Part shown: positions 47,367-55,819 of the stretch, in pieces
How the letters are laid out: each line of letters starts with the position of its first letter
How positions within the stretch are numbered: the first letter of the stretch is position 1
Assembly: GCA_043740085.1 (NCBI GenBank)
Contig: JAYUCY010000094.1
Location: 2,325 to 66,324 of the forward strand
DNA from: Ilumatobacteraceae bacterium
GTDB lineage: Bacteria > Actinomycetota > Acidimicrobiia > Acidimicrobiales > Ilumatobacteraceae
Reading direction: 5' to 3'
DNA: 64,000 nucleotides
Notes under the pieces: generated by a model
The model's input: only the letters and a program-made list of their open reading frames with translations
What the model was told of the DNA's origin: nothing
Database searches by the model: none
Program-made: the position numbers and the translations under genes

Positions 47367-47399
47367 TGTTCTGGCGTGGCAGGAGGCCAGCAGCGACTC

Positions 47400-48329
47400 T
47401 CAGGTGTTGAGATGCTGCAGCTTGGCGCCCGGGCGCGGCCACTGCATCGAGAGCAGCTTCCCCGTGGCCGAGATCGTGATGTACGCGGTCCGCAGGTCGG
47501 GTCCACCGAAGCAGATGTTGGTGGTCAGGATGTCGCCGGTCGCGATGAAGTCGATCAGCTCGCCCTGTGGCGAGATGACCGAGATGCCGCCGGCGACGAG
47601 GGTCGCGACACAGACGTTGCCGTCGCTGTCGACTGCCAGGGAGTCGAGCAGCTGCAACCCGGGGAAGCCGTGGAGACAGACGGAGGAGTCGACGATCGTC
47701 GTCTCGGCGACCTTCCCCGGCGAGGTGATGTCGCGCTGCATGACGCGTCCGTGCCACGTCTCAGCCCAGTACAGCTTCTTCCCGTCGGGCGAGAGGCCGA
47801 TCCCGTTCGCGTCGTGAACGGGGAACACCACTTCGTGGATCTCCGAGCCGTCCGCCTTCGCGTAGTGGATCCCCGACAAATGGGCGACGTGCTTCTCCTC
47901 GTCGGTGAGCCCGTGGTCAGTGAAGTAGAAGCCACCGTGAGCGTCGAAGACGAGGTCGTTCGGCGCCCACAACGGCTTGCCGTCGGACTCGGTGTAGAGG
48001 TCCTCGACCTTGCCCGTGCCAAGGTCGACGGTTTGGATCCGGCCGCCGATGTATTTCTCCTTCGTGGTCGGGCCAGGGAAGGTCATCCCGTCGAGCTGCG
48101 TCTCGGTGAAACGACCACCGTTGTTGCAGACGTAGATCTTGTTGTCAGGCCCCATCGCAGCGCCATTCGGGCCGCCGGGGATCTCGGCGATCGTCTCCTT
48201 GGACCCATCGGGCTTGACCCTTGTGAGTCGTGGGCCGAACATCTCGACGAGGATGACCGAACCATCGGGCATCGCGATTGGGCCTTCCGGGAACGACAGG
48301 CCGCTGGTGACTTCTTTCAACTCGGGCAT
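47400..48329 (-). CDS. SMP-30/gluconolactonase/LRE-family protein
   Basis: Started at the ATG at 48329: MPELKEVTSGLSFPEGPIAMPDGSVILVE. Also PNDLVFDAHGGFYFTD. Confidence 0.8.
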   Translation of the reverse strand: MPELKEVTSGLSFPEGPIAMPDGSVILVEMFGPRLTRVKPDGSKETIAEIPGGPNGAAMGPDNKIYVCNNGGRFTETQLDGMTFPGPTTKEKYIGGRIQTVDLGTGKVEDLYTESDGKPLWAPNDLVFDAHGGFYFTDHGLTDEEKHVAHLSGIHYAKADGSEIHEVVFPVHDANGIGLSPDGKKLYWAETWHGRVMQRDITSPGKVAETTIVDSSVCLHGFPGLQLLDSLAVDSDGNVCVATLVAGGISVISPQGELIDFIATGDILTTNICFGGPDLRTAYITISATGKLLSMQWPRPGAKLQHLNT

Positions 48330-48456
48330 CAGAACTCCTCTTGTGCTTGGGCGGGGGGTGGCGTCGGCAGCACCGAAATCTGTGCGGACCGATCCCCTTC
48401 GGCGCCCGACGGGCCCATCCAACTTCATCGCCGACGTACTGTCAAGCGACCATTAC

Positions 48457-48472
48457 TTGACACGCGTGTCAA
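48457..48472. promoter_or_regulatory. perfect 16-bp palindrome TTGACACGCGTGTCAA (divergent SMP-30 / cyclase promoter region)
   Basis: It is self-complementary over all 16 positions. An extra half-site TGTCAA lies at 48440-48445. The site is 43 nt upstream of the cyclase start codon. Confidence 0.5.
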
Positions 48473-48514
48473 GTTAAAGTACAACAGGAAAGTCGGCATT
48501 CTGTATCCGGCGGA

Positions 48515-49456
48515 TTGGGGTCCGAGGTGGAGAACCACTCGGTGAAGGACTTTCGTGAGCTTGGCTCACAGCTGAGCAACTGGGGGCGTTGGGGCCACGA
48601 CGACGAACGGGGCACCGTCAACCTGATCACGCCGGAGTGCCTCGTCACCGCCGCGCAGCTGGTCAAGCGTGGCGCCATCTTCGATCTCGGCATCCCGTTC
48701 GACAGCAACGGACCACAACCCGGCGGCGGGCGGATCAACCCCGTGCGGCTGATGTCGGAGACCGGTGCTGACCAACAGTTCCCGGGGGCGTTCCACTACG
48801 CCGACGACTACGTGTTCATGCCGCTCCAGGCGGCGTCGCAGTGGGACGGGCTCGCCCACGTCTATTACGACGACCTCCTCTACAACGGGTTTCCGGCGAG
48901 CGACGTTTCGGCGCACGGGGCGAAGCACTGTTCGATCGACAAGATGGCGAAGGGGATCGCGGGCCGCGGTGTCCTGCTCGACATTGCCCGGTTGCGAGGC
49001 GTCGACTGGCTCGAGCAGGGCGCCGTGATCAGCCCGGCCGATCTCGATGAAGCGGCCCAGCGCCAGGGCGTGGAGGTGCGCAGTGGCGACATCCTGCTGT
49101 TCAGGACCGGCTGGCGGACGAAGTTCGTCACCGACAAGAACGCAGCGGAGTTCATGGCCGGCGAGCCGGGCCTCGGGCTCGCCTGCTGCCGGTGGCTGCA
49201 CGATCACGAGGTCGCCGCCGTCGCGTCGGACAACTGGGCGATCGAAGTTCTGCCTGGGGAGATCGACACCGAGCTGCTCCCCGTGCACATGGTGCTGATC
49301 CGCGACATGGGAATGACACTCGGGGAGATCCTCGACTTCGACGAGCTCGCTGCTGATTGCGAGGCAGACGGGGTGTGGGAGTTCTTCTTCACCGCACCGC
49401 CGATCAAGTTCACCAATGCAGTCGGGTCGCCGATCAACCCGCTCGCGATCAAGTGA
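48515..49456 (+). CDS. cyclase-family protein
   Basis: NWGRWGHDDERGTVNL and ASQWDGLAHVYYDDLLYNGF. TTG start at 48515; the GTG at 48527 is an alternative. Confidence 0.7.
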   Translation: MGSEVENHSVKDFRELGSQLSNWGRWGHDDERGTVNLITPECLVTAAQLVKRGAIFDLGIPFDSNGPQPGGGRINPVRLMSETGADQQFPGAFHYADDYVFMPLQAASQWDGLAHVYYDDLLYNGFPASDVSAHGAKHCSIDKMAKGIAGRGVLLDIARLRGVDWLEQGAVISPADLDEAAQRQGVEVRSGDILLFRTGWRTKFVTDKNAAEFMAGEPGLGLACCRWLHDHEVAAVASDNWAIEVLPGEIDTELLPVHMVLIRDMGMTLGEILDFDELAADCEADGVWEFFFTAPPIKFTNAVGSPINPLAIK

Positions 49457-49474
49457 CCGCACTGCTGACTCGGA

Positions 49475-49517
49475 CCAGCACCAGCACCACAACCACAACC
49501 TGAACCTGAACCTGAAC
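49475..49517 (+). repeat. intergenic hexanucleotide run (ACCNNN)x7
   Basis: ACCAGC ACCAGC ACCACA ACCACA ACCTGA ACCTGA ACCTGA AC, ending 14 nt before the acyl-CoA dehydrogenase ATG. Confidence 0.7.
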
Positions 49518-49531
49518 AAGGACGGCATGCC

Positions 49532-50806
49532 ATGAACTTCGACATCCCACCCGAGATCGCGTCGTACCTCGACGAGCTCGACGAGTTCATCGAGCGCGAG
49601 ATCAAGCCGCTCGAGCAGGAGAACGACAACATCCGGTTCTTCGATCACCGGCGCGAGGACGCGCGTACCGACTGGGATCGCGGGGGGCTCCCCAACGACG
49701 AGTGGGAGGAGCTACTCGGTGAGGCGCGACGGCGCGCCGACAAGGCTGGCCACTACCGCTATCCGTTGGCGAAGGAGTACGGCGGCAAGGACGGCACGAA
49801 CCTCGGGATGGCGATCATCCGCGAGCACTTCGCGACGAAGGGTCTCGGGTTGCACAACGATCTACAGAACGAGCACTCGATCGTTGGCAACAACGTCGCT
49901 CTGCTGCTGATGATCCGCTACGGCACGGAGTCGCAGAAGAAGGAGTGGATCGACGACCTCGCCGAAGGCCGGCGCGGGTTCGCGTTCGGTATCACGGAGC
50001 CGAACCACGGCTCGGACGCGACACACATGGAGACGACGGCGGTCCGCGACGGCGACGAGTGGATCATCAACGGCGAGAAGACCTGGAACACCGGCATCCA
50101 CAAGGCGAAGTACGACCTGATCTTCGCCCGTACGAGCGGCAACGCCGGCGACGGCGAGGGGATCACGGCATTCCTGACGCCGACCGACTCGCCCGGTTTC
50201 GAGATCCTCGAGTTCCTGTGGACCTTCAACATGCCAACCGATCACGCCCACGTATCGTTCACCGACATCCGCGTGCCGGACGAGGCGATCTTCGGCGGAG
50301 AGGGTCGCGGCCTCCAGGTCGTGCAGCACTTCTTCAACGAGAACCGCATCCGCCAGGCTGCGTCGAGCCTCGGCGCCGCACAGTTCTGCATCAACGAGTC
50401 GGTCGAATACGCCAAGGTTCGCCAGCCGTTCGGCAAGGCGCTGGCGACGAACCAGGCGATCCAATTCCCGCTCGTCGAGCTGCAGACACAGTGCGAGATG
50501 CTCCGCGCCCTGATCCACAAGACGGCGTGGATGATGGACACCTATGGCGCGTTCTCGGTGTCGGACAAGGTGTCGATGTGCAACTACTGGTCGAACCGGT
50601 TGTGCTGCGAGGCGGCCGACCGGGCGATGCAGGTGCACGGTGGCATGGGCTACAGCCGGCACAAGCCGTTCGAGCACATCTACCGCCACCACCGCCGCTA
50701 CCGGATCACCGAGGGCGCCGAGGAGATCCAGATGCGTCGTGTCGCCGGCTACATGTTCGGCTTCATGAACCAGCGCCAGCCCAAGGGCGTCACGTCGGAC
50801 GACTGA
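49532..50806 (+). CDS. acyl-CoA dehydrogenase
   Basis: GITEPNHGSDATHMETTA and QVHGGMGYSRHKPFEHIYRHHRRYRITEGAEEIQ motifs. Confidence 0.9.
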   Translation: MNFDIPPEIASYLDELDEFIEREIKPLEQENDNIRFFDHRREDARTDWDRGGLPNDEWEELLGEARRRADKAGHYRYPLAKEYGGKDGTNLGMAIIREHFATKGLGLHNDLQNEHSIVGNNVALLLMIRYGTESQKKEWIDDLAEGRRGFAFGITEPNHGSDATHMETTAVRDGDEWIINGEKTWNTGIHKAKYDLIFARTSGNAGDGEGITAFLTPTDSPGFEILEFLWTFNMPTDHAHVSFTDIRVPDEAIFGGEGRGLQVVQHFFNENRIRQAASSLGAAQFCINESVEYAKVRQPFGKALATNQAIQFPLVELQTQCEMLRALIHKTAWMMDTYGAFSVSDKVSMCNYWSNRLCCEAADRAMQVHGGMGYSRHKPFEHIYRHHRRYRITEGAEEIQMRRVAGYMFGFMNQRQPKGVTSDD

Positions 50807-50842
50807 CCGCCACCCGAGAAGTCCCTGTCATAATCAGGCACG

Positions 50843-51214
50843 ATGCAACCACGACCAACGGCCCACGAGCTCCTCGCGATCGTCGCCGAGGTACTTGAGC
50901 GCGACCTCGTCCCCGCGCTCACCGGTCCGGCGCAACACCATGCACGCGTGGCGGCGAGCCTCGTCGGGATCGTCGAGCGGGAGTTGCGCCTCGGCCCGGC
51001 GGCGGCCGACCACGAGACCATCGTGCTGCGCCGATTGATCGGCGCGGAGAGCGATAACCTCCTCGGGCTACGCGCGCGGCTCGCCCGCGACCTGCGTGGT
51101 GGCCTCGCCGACGATCCTGCACGGGCGGCCGAGATCTGGCCGGCGTTGATGGAGTTCGTCCGAGCCGACCTGTCGATCGTCAAGCCTGGTCACGACTCCT
51201 GGGAAGGCGAGTGA
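50843..51214 (+). CDS. small helical protein (DUF6285-like, usually found between an ACAD and a phosphotransferase)
   Basis: 123 aa, beginning MQPRPTAHELLAIVAEVLERDLVPAL. The family name is from memory. The stop overlaps the next start (GTGA). Confidence 0.5.
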   Translation: MQPRPTAHELLAIVAEVLERDLVPALTGPAQHHARVAASLVGIVERELRLGPAAADHETIVLRRLIGAESDNLLGLRARLARDLRGGLADDPARAAEIWPALMEFVRADLSIVKPGHDSWEGE

Positions 51215-52206
51215 TCGGCGGCGACCTCTCCGCGCGGTTGGCAGCGTGGCTGAGCGAGCAGCGCAGCGACACGGTGGACGTGCGCGGGCTGGCGATGTCG
51301 TCCGCTGGAGCGAGGCGCGTCAACGCCCTCTTCGAGGCGGTCGGCTCGTCGGGCTCGACCAGGCTTGCGCTCACGATGATCCCGACGGCCGCTGTCCAGA
51401 TCCTCGACGTGAGCGACGAGGCCGGTGTGCTCGCCCTCGCCGAGGAGGCCGGGGTGCCGGTACCGCATGTCCACCACGTGTGCACCGACGCGGCCGTGCT
51501 CGGCGGACCGTTCTTCATCAGCACGGCCGTCGACGGCGAGACGGTGCCGCGTCGTGTGCTGCGGCTCGCACAGTCGGCGGGCATCGGAGACCTGGTGGCC
51601 ACGCAGCTCGGCGATGCCATCGCCCACCTCCACCGCCTCGACCCGGGCGCCGCGCCGGCGGCCCTCGTGCGCCCGCCGTCGGACGCGCCCATCGCAGCCG
51701 CGCTGGCGGGAGTCGACGTACTGCTCGACGCCCTGCTCGATCCTTCGCCGACGTTCGCGTACGGCACGAGATGGCTGGAGCGCAACGCACCGGCGGAGCC
51801 CGCGGCGCTGACCGTCCTCCACAGCGACATCCGGACCGGCAACATCATCGTCGGCGAGGATGGCCTGCGGGCCATCCTCGACTGGGAGACCGCACGCGTT
51901 GGCGACCCGATGGAGGATGTCGCCTGGCCGTGCATGCGGATGTGGCGGTTCCGCGAGGACGATCGGCTGGTCGGTGGGCTCGGTGGCCTCGATCCGTTCC
52001 GCGACGCGTATGTCGCGGCGGGCGGCTCGTGGGACGAGGAGCGGTTCCGATGGTGGCGCGTCCTGGGCACGATCCGCTGGGGGCTCGGCCTCGCCGACCA
52101 GGCCCGCGCCCACCTCGACGGGAGCTTCCCGTCGATCGTCATGGCCGGTAGCGGCCGCCGCGTCCCCGAACTCGAATACGACACCCTCCTCCTCGTCCGC
52201 CCATAG
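51211..52206 (+). CDS. phosphotransferase (APH/choline-kinase fold) family protein
   Basis: LHSDIRTGNIIV catalytic loop and ILDWETARVGDP. Confidence 0.8.
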   Translation: MIGGDLSARLAAWLSEQRSDTVDVRGLAMSSAGARRVNALFEAVGSSGSTRLALTMIPTAAVQILDVSDEAGVLALAEEAGVPVPHVHHVCTDAAVLGGPFFISTAVDGETVPRRVLRLAQSAGIGDLVATQLGDAIAHLHRLDPGAAPAALVRPPSDAPIAAALAGVDVLLDALLDPSPTFAYGTRWLERNAPAEPAALTVLHSDIRTGNIIVGEDGLRAILDWETARVGDPMEDVAWPCMRMWRFREDDRLVGGLGGLDPFRDAYVAAGGSWDEERFRWWRVLGTIRWGLGLADQARAHLDGSFPSIVMAGSGRRVPELEYDTLLLVRP

Positions 52207-52322
52207 ACGAATGGTTCCAAGGGGTGCGGGCGCTGGGCGCTGGGCGGCGACTCTTTGTCAGTTCACCTCATTCAGATTCGCCGATCGTTCGCCGGCGATC
52301 GTCAACCCCGTGCACGCGTGAA
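52205..52322. repeat. 118-bp inverted repeat, right copy
   Basis: Reverse complement of 36715-36831. It begins inside the stop codon of the phosphotransferase gene. Confidence 0.85.
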
Positions 52323-52489
52323 CTGTCTTGGAACGATCGATGTTCTGCCCGCGCTGCTCGGCGAGGTTGACAGCTACTTGCTCTTGACGCAAGCAATCGT
52401 GCAGGCTCGGACGTCGAACTGGGGATGCAGGAGACAGTCGACGTCGCCACTGTCATCGAGGGCATCGTGCCGCGGCGATGGGTCCATGC

Positions 52490-54184
52490 TCAGAAGCCGT
52501 CGTCGAGGTCGATCTCAGGGGGTAGTGCGACATCGTCGGAGACGTCGAGACCGGAGAAGGATTCCGACGGTGAGTCGAACGGCGAAGCATCGGTGGCTGA
52601 CATCGACACGGTCAGGTGATCGAGCGCCATCGACGAATCGTCGACTGGCGGGACGTCGGTGACCGGGGTAGTGCTGCCCTGCTCGGTTCCGGTATCAGCG
52701 ACCGCGTCATTTGGCCCGGATGGCGCTGTCATGCCGGTCACGTCGTCGGCGACGGTGTGGATACCGGCACCGCTGGAGGCGCTGTCGACGACGGTGACGC
52801 TGTTCGCGTCGCTGCTCGACGAGTCGGCTGCGGTCGCGGCGTCGGAGGAGTGGGCGTAGTTGCCCGAGCCGACACCGTCACCGCCGCCTGTCTGCGGGCC
52901 CGGCGACGGGGCGCGACCGAGGTCGAACCCGCCGTCGTTGTTGAACGTGTGGCTGATCTCTACGCCAGGAGGCGCTGTCAGCGGTGTGTCGATGTGGGTT
53001 GTGCTCTCCCGTTCGATGGGATCGCGGACGAAGTCGATCGCCTGCTTGGGTGGTGCGTCACCCTCGATCTGGGGCCCGTCGAAGTCTTGGACGACATCGG
53101 TCGCGCCGCCGTGAACACCGACAACCCGAGCCACCACCACCGGGGTGAGCACGACGGTGCCGCCACCGGCGTCGGGGTCTTCCATCTTGCCGGCATTCTT
53201 CTTCTCCCACGCCGCCAGTTCGGCCGCGTCCTTCTGTGCAGGGGAGGCCGATTCGCGCTTGAACTTCTCCTCCGGGGTCTCCTTCTTCGTCGTCGTTTCC
53301 GCGGGCTTCACCCCGGCCAGCGCCCTCAGGTTGTCGTTGCTGAACAGGGACATGTTGTGGTCGGGGTCGGCCGAACCGGAGAGTTCTTCTCCCGGTGGTG
53401 GTGGCGAGTCACTGGCGAAGTAGAGCGCGACCGGGGCGCCTCGATTTCCACCGATTGTTCCGGTGCTGGGTCCCGGGGCCCGCCCGAGTGTGTCCGTGAG
53501 GGCGTCGTGCCCTGCCTTTGGGCCGGCAGCACGGTTGGCTTCGGTGGGGTCGCGTTGGACGTCGGCGACCGAGTTCGCTCCACCGGCGTGTTCACCAAGG
53601 GGGGTGTTGTCGCCGATGCCGTAATGGTTCGGGCCTGAACGGACCTGTGTGCCATCGAGATTGGTCGGCAGTGTCTGCTCGGCTGAAAACCCGGCAGGCG
53701 CGCCGCTGGTGACATCGACGATTGTGGTGTGCTCGAGGGTGGCCGGGCGCAGGTCACCGCGCGGGTCGTTGGTCGTGATGGCGGCATTGAGGGTCGGCTC
53801 CGTGGCCGGCGCCGCGCCCATCAACAGATCGTCATGCGGCGGAACTCGCACAGCCTCGGCCTGGCCCAAACCAGCTGGGTCCAAATCTTCGGGGCCGCGA
53901 TCCCCCGGTTCGGTCGGCGTCGGGTCTCCGTACGGCGGAGGGTCGGACTCGGCGGGGTCGTGCCCAGCCGGGACGGGCGGCGATTCAACGTCCGATTCAT
54001 CCAATCGGCTCGGGGCGACGTTGAGTTGTTCGGCTTCGTGCGTTGTCGACGGGAGACCAAGACCGATTCGGAGATCCGCTTCGCTGGCGGGATCGCCGGT
54101 CGTTTCTGACTCGTGCCTCTGCCGAGCTGTGTCCTCCTCAGCGTGGACTTCCTGATCCGACATTGATACGTCGCGGCTGGACAT
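52490..54184 (-). CDS. 564-aa acidic, low-complexity protein, no recognisable domain
   Basis: Rich in D/E/T/S/P/G, with no TM or signal peptide seen. A central K/E-rich patch reads KKETPEEKFKRESASPAQKDAAELAAWEKKNAGK. The C-terminus is EIDLDDGF. Third-position G/C is high. The antisense ORF 52616..53638 looks like noise. Confidence 0.55.
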   Translation of the reverse strand: MSSRDVSMSDQEVHAEEDTARQRHESETTGDPASEADLRIGLGLPSTTHEAEQLNVAPSRLDESDVESPPVPAGHDPAESDPPPYGDPTPTEPGDRGPEDLDPAGLGQAEAVRVPPHDDLLMGAAPATEPTLNAAITTNDPRGDLRPATLEHTTIVDVTSGAPAGFSAEQTLPTNLDGTQVRSGPNHYGIGDNTPLGEHAGGANSVADVQRDPTEANRAAGPKAGHDALTDTLGRAPGPSTGTIGGNRGAPVALYFASDSPPPPGEELSGSADPDHNMSLFSNDNLRALAGVKPAETTTKKETPEEKFKRESASPAQKDAAELAAWEKKNAGKMEDPDAGGGTVVLTPVVVARVVGVHGGATDVVQDFDGPQIEGDAPPKQAIDFVRDPIERESTTHIDTPLTAPPGVEISHTFNNDGGFDLGRAPSPGPQTGGGDGVGSGNYAHSSDAATAADSSSSDANSVTVVDSASSGAGIHTVADDVTGMTAPSGPNDAVADTGTEQGSTTPVTDVPPVDDSSMALDHLTVSMSATDASPFDSPSESFSGLDVSDDVALPPEIDLDDGF

Positions 54185-54371
54185 GACGAGCCCCCGTTCA
54201 TTCGGCGCAATCGGCCGTTCAGGATGAAACCTACGCCCGCACCGGGGTACCTGTCACCGGGCAATTCTTCGATCCGGAGGTTCTCGACGATCCGGAGGTT
54301 GCAGGTTCACATCGATCCGGTATACGGGGTCTCCATGTTCGGGTACGGTGGCCGTTACCGGGAGGTGCGTG

Positions 54372-55424
54372 ATGGCCGACGACACGACAGCCTCGCAGGA
54401 CGGCGTCAGTGCGACCGCCGGCGAGGACGAGATCGACGACGACGCGAAGCGGCGAATCGCAGCCGCCGGGGTCACCGGCGCAGCTGTTGGCGGGCTCGGC
54501 AGCGCTGCCATGACCGGCGAAGCGACGACCGCAGCTGCCCCACTGCTCGGTCCGGCGGGTGTGTCGTTGGGATCTGGTGGTGTGGTCGGTCCTGCCGGGG
54601 TGTCGTTGGGATCTGGTAGTGCAGTGGGGCCTGCCGGGGTGTCGTTGGGTTCGGGTGGTGTGGTCGGTCCTGCCGGGGTGTCGTTGGGTTCGGGTGGTGT
54701 GGTCGGCCCGGCGGGTGTCTCGATGGGGTCTGGTGCGCCGGCGACCGGCGGTCCTCGCGGTCGCCTCGGTCTGATCATCGGCGCAGCAGCCGTTGTGGTA
54801 GTGGTCGCGGTCGGCACGGTGATCGCGGTGTCCTCCGGCGACGATCGGATGGCTCCGGCCGCGGTCGCGCCCGTGGTGTCCGAAGCGGCGCCGACCGAAG
54901 CGGCCGAGACAACCAGCACCGCAGCGGCCCCGGCGACCACCGCGGTTTCGGCCGCAGCGAGTTGCACCGTCGGTTCGTGGGTGGCCGACAACAAGAGCCT
55001 GATCAACGCGATCATCGGAGCGTCGGATGCGCTCGGCGGCTTTCCGCTGGAGAACGGTGACGTCACCGGTACCGCGCGCCTCGACATCACCGCCGACGGG
55101 CATGTCGTCACCACGTTCGACAACTGGTTGCTCACGAGCCCGCTCCCCCAAGGCATCGGTACCGCGACCGTCTCGGTAACGGGAGTCGAGACTCACGACA
55201 TCACCTTTGCCGATGACGACTCGTATACGATCAACGCCGCCACCCAGGCCGGTACGCATCTGGCGATCACCATCGTCGGCGACTCAGTGTTCGATAGTGC
55301 GTTGCCGAGCGGGGTGTTGATCGAATCGGGTACCTACACCTGCGCGGGGGATCAACTCGTCATCGTCGAATCCACGATCCTGTCGACCGAAACCTTCACC
55401 CGCACTGCATCAAACCCGGGGTGA
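54372..55424 (+). CDS. single-pass membrane protein with five GPAGVSLGSGGVV repeats and a Cys-bracketed C-terminal domain
   Basis: Started at the ATG at 54372 (MADDTTASQDG). The TM is LGLIIGAAAVVVVVAVGTVIAVS. The C-terminal domain runs from CTVGSWVADNKSL to TYTCAGDQLVI. Confidence 0.65.
   Translation: MADDTTASQDGVSATAGEDEIDDDAKRRIAAAGVTGAAVGGLGSAAMTGEATTAAAPLLGPAGVSLGSGGVVGPAGVSLGSGSAVGPAGVSLGSGGVVGPAGVSLGSGGVVGPAGVSMGSGAPATGGPRGRLGLIIGAAAVVVVVAVGTVIAVSSGDDRMAPAAVAPVVSEAAPTEAAETTSTAAAPATTAVSAAASCTVGSWVADNKSLINAIIGASDALGGFPLENGDVTGTARLDITADGHVVTTFDNWLLTSPLPQGIGTATVSVTGVETHDITFADDDSYTINAATQAGTHLAITIVGDSVFDSALPSGVLIESGTYTCAGDQLVIVESTILSTETFTRTASNPG
54549..54743 (+). repeat. 39-bp in-frame tandem repeat, 5 copies
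   Basis: GGTCCGGCGGGTGTGTCGTTGGGATCTGGTGGTGTGGTC and variants. Copies 3 and 4 are identical, and copy 5 is the most diverged. Confidence 0.85.
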
Positions 55425-55585
55425 CTCACTCCTTACTTCGAAGGTAGAGAACCTCCATCAAATCCAGGGGGATAACAGCATCCCAGTTCGTCGAGAAGTC
55501 GATCGCGATGGTGTCCCAGCGCTTCGCAAACGATGTCAATTCTCGGAGGGGTCACTCGCCAGGCTGCACGGCGGCAGTCCAGAAG

Positions 55586-55810
55586 TCATGTACGTGTCGC
55601 GGATCCGCGTGTCGACTCCGACAGACATGCGGAGCTCATGATCAACACCGCGGACGCACCGTCAGAGATCTGCGACGAGTTGCCGGCGGTGATGAGGTCG
55701 TCCTCCTTGAAGGCGAGCTTGAGCGTGGCGAGGTCATCGCGGGTGATGCCGTACTCGACGGCGATCATGTCGGCACCGATGGCCTGCGCTGGTAACCCGG
55801 TCGCTGCGAC
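55586..55810 (-). pseudogene. thiolase (acetyl-CoA acetyltransferase) remnant with internal deletion
   Basis: AATGLPAQAIGADMIAVEYGITRDDLATLKLAFKEDDLITAGNSSQISDGASAVLIMS joins the G-I-T-R-E-x-x-D segment directly to the K-P-A-F-K-x-D-G-T-V-T-A-G-N-S-S-x-x-x-D-G-A-A segment. There is no catalytic Cys region. Confidence 0.5.
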
Positions 55811-55819
55811 GCGGTCATG

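Noticed and set aside
52326-52440. Possible C-terminal piece of the IS982-like transposase just outside the right inverted repeat, which would mean the 15.4-kb module split an IS copy
   Set aside because: The + frame GTIDVLPALLGEVDSYLLLTQAIVQARTSNWG only loosely resembles the recalled IS982 C-terminus (..SVNDTLKGQLDLE....RILAMTAAIWHN). This is too weak to assert without a search, but it is worth a blastx.
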